A stretch of DNA of 64,000 nucleotides from Bdellovibrionota bacterium. GTDB taxonomy: Bacteria; Bdellovibrionota_G; JALEGL01; DATDPG01. The stretch lies in NCBI GenBank assembly GCA_963668355.1, contig OY764265.1:2560001-2624000 (forward strand). Direction: 5' to 3'. The translations under genes were made by a program, and so were the position numbers. Shown piece by piece: positions 31,263-40,811 of the stretch (positions are counted from its first letter, which is position 1; each line of letters begins with the position of its first letter). Below the pieces are notes generated by a model. It searched no databases. It was not told the DNA's origin and was given only the letters and a program-made list of their open reading frames with translations.

Positions 31263-32414
31263 ATGACACCCATCAAACCGAGAGATCCGGAAGACCTTTC
31301 CCACCTCATAGAAGAGGAGATGGAAATCAATATGGGGCCGCAACACCCTTCGACCCATGGTGTGTTGAGGTTTCGGGTTTTTACAGACGGGGAAATCATT
31401 CGGAAGGCCATTCCTGAAGTCGGGTATCTCCACCGAGGAATCGAAAAAATTGGGGAAATGATCGAATACCCAGGATTCATGCCCTACACCGATCGTGTGG
31501 ATTATGTCTCGGCCATGACAGCGAATCACGCTTATGCTCGAGCCGTCGAGGTTTTGTTGGGCACTGAAGTTCCCGAAAGAGCACACTACTTAAGAGTAAT
31601 CGCGGATGAATTGTGTCGCATGGCTAGCCATTTAGTGGCCGTGGGATGTTATCCAATGGATATTGGCGCCATTACGCCCTTTGTGCACGCGTTACGGGAA
31701 CGGGAAAAGATCAACGATTTGATCGAAGAGCTTTGTGGAGCGCGACTGACATATAATTATGTTCGAATTGGCGGCGTCTCTTTCGATATGCCCGAGGGAT
31801 GGAAAGAAAAAGTCATCGCTTTTTTGGATCAATTTACGCCGCTCATGGAAGAGTTTGATCAACTCATTACGGGGAATCGGATTTTCAAAGATCGTTTGGC
31901 GAACCAATGTGTTGTTACCAAGGAAGATGCGATTGCATACGGGCTGGTGGGGCCGAATTTGAGAGCTTCCGGAGTGAAGTGGGACTTACGAAAAGAAGAT
32001 CCATATGCGATTTATTCCAAATTGGATTTTGATGTGCCGGTTGGAAAAGGAATTGCTGGAACCACGGGAGATAATTATGACCGGTTTGTCATTCGCTTGG
32101 ATGAACTGAAGGAGTCGACCAAGATGGTTCGTCAATGTCTAAGAGAAATCCCTGACGGGCCCATTATGGCAAAGGTTCCCAAAATGATTAAGCCCCCGAA
32201 AGGTGAGTCTTATGGTGCCGTGGAATCTGCACGAGGAGAGCTTGGCTATTTTGTGGTCTCGGACGGTACGAAGATTCCGTACCGAATCAAAATTCGAAGC
32301 GGAAGTTTTTCATCTATGGGAATCATTGAAAAAATTTCACGGGGAATTTTTATGGCCGACTTGGTGGCGTTAATTGCAAGTTTAGATGTCGTTGCACCGG
32401 AGATTGACCGATGA
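31263..32414 (+). CDS. nuoD: Complex I subunit D
   Basis: [29 protein letters not shown]-terminal EIDR; no NiFe CxxC motifs. Confidence 0.95.
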   Translation: MTPIKPRDPEDLSHLIEEEMEINMGPQHPSTHGVLRFRVFTDGEIIRKAIPEVGYLHRGIEKIGEMIEYPGFMPYTDRVDYVSAMTANHAYARAVEVLLGTEVPERAHYLRVIADELCRMASHLVAVGCYPMDIGAITPFVHALREREKINDLIEELCGARLTYNYVRIGGVSFDMPEGWKEKVIAFLDQFTPLMEEFDQLITGNRIFKDRLANQCVVTKEDAIAYGLVGPNLRASGVKWDLRKEDPYAIYSKLDFDVPVGKGIAGTTGDNYDRFVIRLDELKESTKMVRQCLREIPDGPIMAKVPKMIKPPKGESYGAVESARGELGYFVVSDGTKIPYRIKIRSGSFSSMGIIEKISRGIFMADLVALIASLDVVAPEIDR

Positions 32415-33709
32415 GTCCAATTGAATTGCTCGTTCAGAAGATTTTCGAAAACATTGAGTCTGGTGTTTTGCCGGCTTGGATGGGGCAAATTTCGGCGGAT
32501 GTTTATTTGCTCATTTTTATGGTTCTGGCTGCGGTTCTTCTCCTTGGGTTGGTGATTTTGCCTTTGTCGGGTTTTTCGACTTATGTCGAACGTCGCGTGG
32601 CCGGGAGAATGCAAGCTCGAATCGGATGCGATCGAGTTGGACCGGAAGGGGTGCTCCAATTCATGGCCGACGGGTTAAAGCTCGTGACCAAGGAAGACTC
32701 CATCCCGGAAGGCGCTGATCGTTTTCTGTTTCGATTGGCTCCCTACTTGGTGGTCATGGGCGCGTTCATGAGTTTTGTGACGATCCCTTTCGGAAAGGTT
32801 TTTGTTGTGGCCGACTTAAACATTGGCCTGGTTTTTCTGTTGGCGGTTTCCTCCTTGGTTGTGGTGGGAATCCTCCTGGCGGGATGGTCATCCAACAACA
32901 AGTGGTCTTTGCTTGGGGCCATGCGCTCGGCGTCTCAAATCGTCTCTTATGAAATTCCCTTGGCCCTTGCGCTCTTGGTTCCGGTTCTTCTGGTCGGTAG
33001 CCTCAGTCTGCAAGATCTCAATTTGGCTCAAGCGGGTGGGGCGCGCAATTGGATCGTTTTTGCGGCTTTTCCGGCTCCGTTGATTGCGATGGTGGTTTAT
33101 TTCATTGCGGCACTCGCGGAGGTCAATCGTACGCCTTTTGACTTGCCCGAAGCGGAGTCTGAATTGGTTTCGGGATTTGCCACGGAATACAGTGGGATGC
33201 GTTGGGGACTCTTCTTCGTAGGGGAATACGCGAACATGATTCTGGTAAGCGCCATCACCGTGACGGCGTTTTTAGGTGGATGGCAGCCTTCCAAAGTAAA
33301 CATTTTCTTTTCTTCTGGCGCCTTGTTCTTTGCCTTCTTGTTTCTGTTTAAAACGCTTACCTATGCAAAAACGCTGTTGAAAGAGCTTCTTTCTGGAAAA
33401 AACATTTTCGTTTTGATCTCAAAAGTTCGTGCGGCAAAAGTTCCTAGAGGGGGCTTTTGGTTCTTGGCCATCATTTCCGTTTTGGGTGGGGCTCTTCTTC
33501 ATTTGATCGCGGACTTTTGGTTGGTGGCCTTTGGAATCTTTTTGGCGAAGGTCTATTTCTTTGTTTTGGTGATGGTCTGGTTGCGGTGGACCTTGCCCCG
33601 AATTCGCGTAGACCAACTCATGAGTCTTTGCTGGAAGAAACTCGTTCCCATTGCCTTCTTCTGCGTATTTTGGACCGCTGTTGCGATTTTGGTATCGGGA
33701 GGTGCATGA
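32411..33709 (+). CDS. nuoH: Complex I subunit H (elongated)
   Basis: [39 protein letters not shown]. Confidence 0.95.
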   Translation: MSPIELLVQKIFENIESGVLPAWMGQISADVYLLIFMVLAAVLLLGLVILPLSGFSTYVERRVAGRMQARIGCDRVGPEGVLQFMADGLKLVTKEDSIPEGADRFLFRLAPYLVVMGAFMSFVTIPFGKVFVVADLNIGLVFLLAVSSLVVVGILLAGWSSNNKWSLLGAMRSASQIVSYEIPLALALLVPVLLVGSLSLQDLNLAQAGGARNWIVFAAFPAPLIAMVVYFIAALAEVNRTPFDLPEAESELVSGFATEYSGMRWGLFFVGEYANMILVSAITVTAFLGGWQPSKVNIFFSSGALFFAFLFLFKTLTYAKTLLKELLSGKNIFVLISKVRAAKVPRGGFWFLAIISVLGGALLHLIADFWLVAFGIFLAKVYFFVLVMVWLRWTLPRIRVDQLMSLCWKKLVPIAFFCVFWTAVAILVSGGA

Positions 33710-34233
33710 TGAAAGCCTTCGTTCAATGGTTTCGAGATATTTATGAGGGGTTATCGACGACCTTCAAAGGGATGGCGATCACGTTTCGACATCTTTTCCG
33801 GAAGCCTGTGACGGTGGAATATCCCGAGGTGGATGTGCAATCTCAACTTCCGGAACGTTATCGAGGGATTCTCCATGTAGATATGGAAGTCTGTATTTCC
33901 TGCCACTTATGTTCTACCGCATGTCCCATCGATTGCATCGCCATTGATGATGTCAAGGGTGACAAGACCTCGGTTATTTCTCGAACGACGGGAAAACTCA
34001 CGACCAAGGTGAAATATCCCAAGAGTTTTTTGATTGATATTTCCAAATGTATGTTTTGTGGCCTTTGTGTGGACCCGTGTCCTACGGGTGCCATTCATCA
34101 CACCAACAAATTTGAGGGGTCGGTTACGGATATGAAGCAGCTTGTTTATGAGTACGTTCGACCGGAGGACATTGAATTGGCAGAAGAGCAAGTGAAGAAA
34201 TTGGAAGAAAAGTTAGCGGAGAAGGCCAAATGA
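33706..34233 (+). CDS. nuoI: Complex I subunit I
   Basis: TVEYPE; CISCHLCSTACP and CMFCGLCVDPCP; ATG overlaps the nuoH stop. Confidence 0.95.
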   Translation: MMKAFVQWFRDIYEGLSTTFKGMAITFRHLFRKPVTVEYPEVDVQSQLPERYRGILHVDMEVCISCHLCSTACPIDCIAIDDVKGDKTSVISRTTGKLTTKVKYPKSFLIDISKCMFCGLCVDPCPTGAIHHTNKFEGSVTDMKQLVYEYVRPEDIELAEEQVKKLEEKLAEKAK

Positions 34234-34748
34234 CCGAGATTGCATATACTTTATCTTTTTCGATGCTGGCGGGGTTGACGGCGATTTCAGCGCTTTTGGT
34301 TCTTACCTTGAGAAATGTACTGCATAGTGCAGTGGCGTTGTTTTTTGCCCTGCTCGGAGTTGCTGGGCTTTATGTTTTATTGGGAGCCGATTTCTTGGCT
34401 GCGGTTCAACTTCTTATCTACGCAGGGGGAATTCTTGTCCTCATCATTTTTGGGGTTTTTCTCACCACGCGGGCGTATCAGGTTCAACTCAATTTTTCGG
34501 AAAGAAGTCTTTCCAAATTCTGGGGGGCGACGATTTCAATGGGAGTGTTTGCTCTCATGGCAGCAGGAATTCATTTCGTGGAATGGCCCATGGGAACTCC
34601 GAATTTCGAACCGACGGTAGCTTCCTTGGGAGATCTATTGCTTTCCAAGTATTTGCTTCCGTTTGAAATTGTCTCGGTCTTGCTTTTATTTGCGATGATC
34701 GGGGCCATCATTCTGGTTCGAAAAGAGTTTAAGGAGGAAGGACAATGA
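34230..34748 (+). CDS. nuoJ: Complex I subunit J
   Basis: ADFLAAVQLLIYAGGILVL, YLLPFEIVSVLLL. Confidence 0.95.
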   Translation: MTEIAYTLSFSMLAGLTAISALLVLTLRNVLHSAVALFFALLGVAGLYVLLGADFLAAVQLLIYAGGILVLIIFGVFLTTRAYQVQLNFSERSLSKFWGATISMGVFALMAAGIHFVEWPMGTPNFEPTVASLGDLLLSKYLLPFEIVSVLLLFAMIGAIILVRKEFKEEGQ

Positions 34749-35065
34749 TTTCCTTAAAAGCTTTTCTCTATATGAGTGCGTTTCTTTTTTCGGTTGGTTT
34801 GGCGTGTATGTTGGTTCGGCGCAATATTGTCCAAATTTTGATGGGATTGGAACTCATCTTAAATGCGGCCGCGCTCAACTTTGCGGCGTTCAATCACTTT
34901 GGAGTCGGGGGAATGAGCCGAGTGGCTTTGGGCGGTCAAACGATGTCCATTTTCATCATCGTATTGGCTGCGGCTGAGGCTGCGGTGGCTTTGGCTCTGA
35001 TTCTTGCCATTGGCCGTTTGTATAAAAAGGTAGATGTGGACTCTCTCAAGGATTTGAAAGGCTGA
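34745..35065 (+). CDS. nuoK: Complex I subunit K
   Basis: LMGLELILNA, LAAAEAAVALA. Confidence 0.95.
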   Translation: MISLKAFLYMSAFLFSVGLACMLVRRNIVQILMGLELILNAAALNFAAFNHFGVGGMSRVALGGQTMSIFIIVLAAAEAAVALALILAIGRLYKKVDVDSLKDLKG

Positions 35066-35067
35066 TT

Positions 35068-37083
35068 ATGGAAACCAATACGCTTTGGCTCATTCCGGCG
35101 TTGCCCTTATTTTCGGCCGTCGTGATCCGTTTTTTTGGAAAATGGGCGCTGAATCGAAAGTCGGTTCATTTTTTGGCCTGTGCTTCCGTTTTGGCTTCGT
35201 TCATTTTGGCTCTTTTGGCCTTTTTTCAATTGAGCCATCATCCTCATGAAGGCCTTACTCAAGCCTTGTTCCCCTGGATTAAGGTCGGGACGTTTGAGGT
35301 TTGGCTCCGGTTTCATTTCGATTCCTTGTCTTCTGTTATGGCTTTGGTCGTCACGGGCGTGGGGTTTCTTATTCATGTGTATTCCACCGGATATATGTCC
35401 CATGAAGATGAGTACCCAAGGTACTTCTCGTTTTTGAATCTGTTCATGGGAATGATGCTCATCCTCGTGCTTGGAGACAGTCTTTTGCTCATGTTTGTGG
35501 GCTGGGAAGGCGTGGGCTTGTGTAGTTATTTCTTGATCGGCTTTTGGTTTGGGGACAACGCCAACGCCAACGCAGGAAAGAAAGCCTTTCTCGTTAATCG
35601 AATTGGCGACTTTGGTTTCCTTTTGGGGATTCTTGCTTTGTTTTGGACGCTTGGAACCGCCACAGGAATCTGGAGCGTTGATTTTTCGGTTTTAAAAGAA
35701 CATGTCGGCGTATTTGGCCAAGCGCAAATTTTTGGGGTTACGGTAGCCACATTGGCCACGCTTCTCTTATTCGTTGGTGCCACCGGAAAATCCGCCCAAA
35801 TCCCTCTATATGTGTGGCTTCCAGATGCGATGGCCGGTCCCACTCCAGTCTCGGCTCTAATTCATGCGGCGACGATGGTCACGGCCGGGGTTTATATGAT
35901 CGCCAGACTAAGTTTTCTCTTTGACCTAGCGCCCATAACCCTTGGCGTTGTGGCCACCGTGGGGGCGTTGACAGCATTTTTTGCGGCTACCATCGGATTG
36001 GTTCAAAACGACATCAAAAAAGTGTTGGCCTATTCAACGGTGAGTCAGTTGGGCTATATGTTTCTGGCTTGTGGGGTAGGGGCCTATGCAGCTGGGATCT
36101 TCCATCTCATGACCCATGCGTTCTTCAAGGCCTTGCTCTTTTTGGGTGCGGGGAGCGTGATTCACGCTTTGGATCATGAACAGGACATTCGGAAAATGGG
36201 GGGATTGAAAACCAAATTGCCCTGGACCTATATGACGTTTTTGGCCGCTACCGTGGCCATTGCCGGAATTCCTCCGTTCGCAGGCTTTTTCTCCAAAGAC
36301 ACCATTTTGTGGAATGTTTGGGCGTCACCTCATGGTTCTAAGTGGCTTTGGGTCATTGGCTTTGTGGCCGCTGGAATGACAGCCTTCTATATGTTCCGCC
36401 TGGTGTTTTTGACTTTCCATGGAGTGTCTCGGCTCGATGCCGAGGTAGATTCCAAGGTGCATGAGTCTCCCAAATCCATGTTGATCCCGTTAATGATTTT
36501 GGGCGGCTTATCCGTTGTCGGGGGTTGGCTTTGGTGGCCGGATTTTCTACCTCTGAGCCAGATGTTTCCTCATTGGTTGGAACATTCTGTCATGGTGCAC
36601 CATCCCCACGGGACCCATGCGGCTGAAATATCTCTGGCGTTAGCATCGGTGGGCATTGCGGTTGGGGGCATTTTGCTGGCACGCCATTTTTATTTGGTAA
36701 ATCCCGAAGTTCCCAACCAACTTCGGATGAAATTTCGACGTACGCATCGAATGCTCTTGGAAAAATATTGGGTGGACGAAATTTATCAAGCCACCGTCGT
36801 TCGGGCTGTCCTCATTCTGGCAGCACTATTGGCTTGGTTTGATCGTTATGTGATTGATGGCTTCATCCATTTCTTGGCTTGGTTGACTCGCATAACGGCT
36901 TTTGTAAAGGGGACGTTCGATCGTTTGGTTGTGGATGGTTTGGTCAATTTCATGGCTGCGCTTTCACAGTATTTTGGAAAACAAATTCGTAATCTTCAAA
37001 CCGGACATTTGCAAACATACTTGGGAACCATGGTTAGCGTTATGTTGGCGTTGTTCTTGGTTTGGACCTTTTTCTTAATTTAG
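35068..37083 (+). CDS. nuoL: Complex I subunit L
   Basis: GWEGVGLCSYFLIGFW, GKSAQIPLYVWLPDAMAGPTPVSALIHAATMV. Confidence 0.96.
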   Translation: METNTLWLIPALPLFSAVVIRFFGKWALNRKSVHFLACASVLASFILALLAFFQLSHHPHEGLTQALFPWIKVGTFEVWLRFHFDSLSSVMALVVTGVGFLIHVYSTGYMSHEDEYPRYFSFLNLFMGMMLILVLGDSLLLMFVGWEGVGLCSYFLIGFWFGDNANANAGKKAFLVNRIGDFGFLLGILALFWTLGTATGIWSVDFSVLKEHVGVFGQAQIFGVTVATLATLLLFVGATGKSAQIPLYVWLPDAMAGPTPVSALIHAATMVTAGVYMIARLSFLFDLAPITLGVVATVGALTAFFAATIGLVQNDIKKVLAYSTVSQLGYMFLACGVGAYAAGIFHLMTHAFFKALLFLGAGSVIHALDHEQDIRKMGGLKTKLPWTYMTFLAATVAIAGIPPFAGFFSKDTILWNVWASPHGSKWLWVIGFVAAGMTAFYMFRLVFLTFHGVSRLDAEVDSKVHESPKSMLIPLMILGGLSVVGGWLWWPDFLPLSQMFPHWLEHSVMVHHPHGTHAAEISLALASVGIAVGGILLARHFYLVNPEVPNQLRMKFRRTHRMLLEKYWVDEIYQATVVRAVLILAALLAWFDRYVIDGFIHFLAWLTRITAFVKGTFDRLVVDGLVNFMAALSQYFGKQIRNLQTGHLQTYLGTMVSVMLALFLVWTFFLI

Positions 37084-37096
37084 GGAGAAATCAATC

Positions 37097-38650
37097 ATGC
37101 TGCACTCAAACCTTCTTTCTTGGATGATTTTCTTACCCCTTCTAGGGGGAGTCGTTCTCTTGCTTCTTCCGGAGAAGTGGACCCGACCCATCGCCGTAAT
37201 TTCAACTGGTTTGCCGGTTGCTTTGGCGGGGTATTTGTTTTCGGCGTTTGATCGAACAGAAGCGGGCATGCAATTCGTTGAGCATTACCTGTGGATTGAG
37301 CGATTCAATATCTTTTATTACCTTGGCACGGATGGCATCAGTGTCACCATGCTTCTTTTAACCGCGCTGCTTTCATTTTTATGCATTTTCGCTTCGTGGA
37401 ACATTTCCAAAGGGCGAAAAGCCTATTTTTTCCTCTTCTTATTATTGGAGACGGGAATGATGGGCGTTTTCTGCGCCTTGGATCTCGTTCTTTTCTACGT
37501 TTTCTGGGAAGTGATGTTGCTTCCGATGTATTTCTTGATTGGCATTTGGGGTGGTCCCCGCAAGGAATATGCGGCAATTAAATTCTTCCTCTATACTCTG
37601 TTGGGATCCGTCTTTATGTTGTTGGGTTTTCTGGCCTTATACTTCTACTCGGGCGCTCCAAACACCTTCGACATGGTGGAATTGGCCAATCGAAGCTCCG
37701 TATTTGGAGGAAATTCCTTGTTCATTTTGGGGTTGCCGTTTGCCAAAGTGGTCTTTTTGGCTTTGTTTTTTGGCTTTGCCGTCAAGGTTCCGATGTTTCC
37801 ATTTCACACGTGGTTGCCGGATGCCCACGTTGAGGCTCCAACCGCCGTGAGTGTGATTCTGGCCGGTGTTTTGTTGAAGATGGGCGTCTATGGAATTTTG
37901 CGTATTTGTTATCCAATTCTTCCCAAGGCCGCACTGTGGTTTGCACCTTTATTGGCCATATTTGCCATCATCAATATTGTCTACGGCGCTTTTTGCGCGA
38001 TGCACCAAAAGGACATCAAGAAGCTCGTTGCATATTCCTCGGTGAGTCATATGGGGTACTGCTTATTGGGACTGGCGGCGTTTACGTTCATTGGTTTCAA
38101 TGGAGCGCTTTTCCAAATGTTTACGCACGGAATGGCGACGGGGATGCTCTTTTTATTGGTGGGTGTCATTTATGACCGAGCTCATACCCGAGGAGTCGAG
38201 GACTTCGGAGGTTTAGCCCACAATATGAAGATTTTTACCTTAATTTCGACCGTGGCCTTTTTCGCTTCCATGGGCTTGCCGGGAATGGCCAACTTTGTCA
38301 GCGAAGTTTTGGTGTTGTTGGGGGCGTTTAATGCGGACACGGTTTTTGCGGGCCTTGGAAAAGGCACACTCATCTTTCAATCCGCGATCATTTTCAAAGT
38401 GGCAACCATCATTGCTGCCACAGGCATCGTATTAACTGCGGCCTATTTGTTGTGGACGATTCAACGGGTCTATTTGGGGCCGTTGAATGAAAAATGGAAA
38501 GATCTTCCGGATATGAATCTTCGGGAAATTTTCACGTTAGCGCCGTTGGCCATCTTAATTCTCTTTTTTGGGATTTATCCGGTTCCCATACTGGAGATGA
38601 TTGAGGGGTCATTGCAGGCCTTGAGTCGAACGATGTTGGCGGGGTGGTAA
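37097..38650 (+). CDS. nuoM: Complex I subunit M
   Basis: FYVFWEVMLLPMY, KVPMFPFHTWLPDAHVEAPT. Confidence 0.96.
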   Translation: MLHSNLLSWMIFLPLLGGVVLLLLPEKWTRPIAVISTGLPVALAGYLFSAFDRTEAGMQFVEHYLWIERFNIFYYLGTDGISVTMLLLTALLSFLCIFASWNISKGRKAYFFLFLLLETGMMGVFCALDLVLFYVFWEVMLLPMYFLIGIWGGPRKEYAAIKFFLYTLLGSVFMLLGFLALYFYSGAPNTFDMVELANRSSVFGGNSLFILGLPFAKVVFLALFFGFAVKVPMFPFHTWLPDAHVEAPTAVSVILAGVLLKMGVYGILRICYPILPKAALWFAPLLAIFAIINIVYGAFCAMHQKDIKKLVAYSSVSHMGYCLLGLAAFTFIGFNGALFQMFTHGMATGMLFLLVGVIYDRAHTRGVEDFGGLAHNMKIFTLISTVAFFASMGLPGMANFVSEVLVLLGAFNADTVFAGLGKGTLIFQSAIIFKVATIIAATGIVLTAAYLLWTIQRVYLGPLNEKWKDLPDMNLREIFTLAPLAILILFFGIYPVPILEMIEGSLQALSRTMLAGW

Positions 38651-38654
38651 GGAA

Positions 38655-40175
38655 ATGGAACACTGGATTCTTTCAAATCGGGCCAGTTTGCCCCTTTTTC
38701 TTCCGGAATTGATTTTGATTGCTGGAGCGATGGTTTCCATTCTTTTGGGGGCTTTTCGTGAAAATCCCAGGAAATTTTCCCTGGCTGTGGGCGGAGTGAC
38801 GCTTACCCTTTTCCTGGGAAGCGTGATTCATCTTTTTTCCGCATATGATCTAAACGAAGGCTTACCTGGTACGGGTCTGAGCTCCATGAGTCTGTTTTCG
38901 GAAATGATGGTTTTGGACTTTTTTGCACTTTTTTTTAAAGGATTTGCGGGTTGTTCATCTCTCATCCTTCTCTACTTTTTGGCCTCTTCAGCGGAATTAA
39001 AAAAAGACCGTTTGGCAGAAATGGTTTCTTTTCTGCTGGCCATTACGCTGGGTTTATCCCTCATGGCTGCAGCCAAGGATCTTCTCCTGATCTATTTGTC
39101 CATCGAGTTGGTTTCCATTCTTTCGTATGTTTTGGTGGGATTTCAACCCAAAAACCGTGTTTCGAGTGAGGCTGGATTGAAATACGTTCTGTATGGCGGT
39201 CTCGCAACGGGCTTCATGGTTTTTGCGTTCTCCATTCTCTATGGATTGGTGGGAAGTACCGATCTTGTTGAAATTGGAAAAAATGTAGCCTCAATGGGAA
39301 GCCATCCTTCAGGTGGCTTAATTCTTTTCGCTTTAATCGGAATCTTCGCGGGAATGGGATATAAAATTGCGGCGGTACCCACACATATGTGGTGTCCGGA
39401 TGTCTACCATGGAGCCCCTTTGCCAATTACGGCATTTCTCTCTGTGGCGCCCAAAGCCGCCGGGTTCGCACTCTTGATGCGTTTTCTGATTCTGTTCTTT
39501 GGGGTTTCCGATGAAGGAACGAGTCCCTTATTGGCCCAAATAAATTGGCCTCTTTGGTTGGCGATTATCTCGGCTTTGACCATGACCGTTGGAAATTTTG
39601 CAGCCTTACGTCAAACTAACCTGAAGAGGCTGATGGCTTACTCCTCCATTGCTCATGCAGGATACTTGTTGATGGGAGTTTGTACGTTCAATCAGGAAGG
39701 GCTAAGTGCTTTGCTCTTTTATTTGGTGACTTACTTTCTGATGAACTTTGGAGCGTTTTTGATCATTCAACTAGTTTCGAATCAGGAACAAACAGAAGAG
39801 TTGGAGGGGTATCGAGGTCTGGGTTGGAGGTCACCTTTCTTGGCCTGGACCTTTACCATTTTTCTTTTTTCTTTAGTGGGGCTTCCACCTTTTGCCGGTT
39901 TTTTGGGAAAACTCATTTTATTTGCGGCCGTCATTCATGAAGGATTGTATTGGCTTGCGATTGTTGCTGTTGTGAACACTGTCGTGTCTCTTTTTTATTA
40001 CGTTCGAATTGTTCGAACGATGTTTTTTGAAACACCTTTTCGTCAAGAAAAAATTCGGATCGGGGCAGGGGCTGCCGCGGTTGCGATGCTGCTGGCCGCT
40101 CCGACAGTGGCTCTAGTGGTCTATTGGGGGCCGATCCTGAAATTAGCTGAAATTTCAACATCTTCATTGTTCTAA
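38655..40175 (+). CDS. nuoN: Complex I subunit N
   Basis: EAGLKY, KIAAVPTHMWCPDVYHGAP, KRLMAYSSIAHAGY. Confidence 0.96.
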   Translation: MEHWILSNRASLPLFLPELILIAGAMVSILLGAFRENPRKFSLAVGGVTLTLFLGSVIHLFSAYDLNEGLPGTGLSSMSLFSEMMVLDFFALFFKGFAGCSSLILLYFLASSAELKKDRLAEMVSFLLAITLGLSLMAAAKDLLLIYLSIELVSILSYVLVGFQPKNRVSSEAGLKYVLYGGLATGFMVFAFSILYGLVGSTDLVEIGKNVASMGSHPSGGLILFALIGIFAGMGYKIAAVPTHMWCPDVYHGAPLPITAFLSVAPKAAGFALLMRFLILFFGVSDEGTSPLLAQINWPLWLAIISALTMTVGNFAALRQTNLKRLMAYSSIAHAGYLLMGVCTFNQEGLSALLFYLVTYFLMNFGAFLIIQLVSNQEQTEELEGYRGLGWRSPFLAWTFTIFLFSLVGLPPFAGFLGKLILFAAVIHEGLYWLAIVAVVNTVVSLFYYVRIVRTMFFETPFRQEKIRIGAGAAAVAMLLAAPTVALVVYWGPILKLAEISTSSLF

Positions 40176-40176
40176 A

Positions 40177-40206
40177 AAAAAGGGCACCCGATTGAGTGCC
40201 CTTTTT
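40177..40206. terminator. Bidirectional intrinsic terminator
   Basis: AAAAAGGGCAC-ccgattga-GTGCCCTTTTT, between the convergent nuoN and H1-like genes. Confidence 0.8.
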
Positions 40207-40225
40207 AATTGCTTTAGAAGAAAGC

Positions 40226-40501
40226 TTATTTTTTCTTTGCTCTTTTCTTCGTAGCTTTTTTCTTCGTAGCTTTCTTTTTCTTTGCTGGTTTTTTCTTAGC
40301 TACTTTTTTCTTTGCAGCTTTCTTTTTCTTAGCTGGTTTTTTCTTAGCTACTTTTTTCTTCTTTGCAGCTTTTTTCTTTTTCTTAGCTGGTTTTTTCTTA
40401 GCTACTTTTTTCTTCTTCGTAGCTTTTTTCTTTTTTACTACTTTTCTTTTCTTAGCTACTTTTTTTGCTTTCTTCTTCGTAGCTTTCTTTTTCTTCGCCA
40501 T
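40226..40501 (-). CDS. Histone H1-like lysine-rich nucleoid protein
   Basis: 57 of 91 residues are Lys, none acidic; VAKKKPAKKKK occurs three times; AAGGGAG RBS; has its own promoter and terminator. Confidence 0.8.
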   Translation of the reverse strand: MAKKKKATKKKAKKVAKKRKVVKKKKATKKKKVAKKKPAKKKKKAAKKKKVAKKKPAKKKKAAKKKVAKKKPAKKKKATKKKATKKRAKKK

Positions 40502-40552
40502 TTTTTTTCTCCCTTGTTTAACAAGATAGAAGATTCGTCGAGTTATAGAAAA

Positions 40553-40581
40553 ATTATAGAAAAATTTTTTTTTCTTTACAA
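40553..40581 (-). promoter_or_regulatory. Sigma70 promoter of the H1-like gene
   Basis: Minus strand TTGTAA, 17 nt, TATAAT. Confidence 0.65.
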
Positions 40582-40742
40582 CAAATATTCGTCTTTCATT
40601 TCGAAGACCTACATTTGGGTCAACAAGAAAATGAATCGAATCTAAAAAAAACAGGAAGATTCAAAAGCAAAACCGTTTTTTTTGAACCCTGAAAAAGAGA
40701 TGAAAGAAAGGGAGATCGCCATTGGGGAGGGTTGGCGGGAAC

Positions 40743-40771
40743 TTGTTCCTTTTGTAAAATTTCTTTATAAT
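40743..40771 (+). promoter_or_regulatory. Sigma70 promoter of the downstream operon
   Basis: TTGTTC, 17 nt, TATAAT. Confidence 0.55.
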
Positions 40772-40811
40772 AACAAGCAGTTCGCTTTCGAATGCAGAAA
40801 CCAAATCTAAC

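Noticed and set aside
40196..40645. 149-aa Phe/Leu-rich ORF on the + strand
   Set aside because: It is the antisense shadow of the Lys-rich gene and starts inside the terminator. The promoter and RBS support the minus strand.
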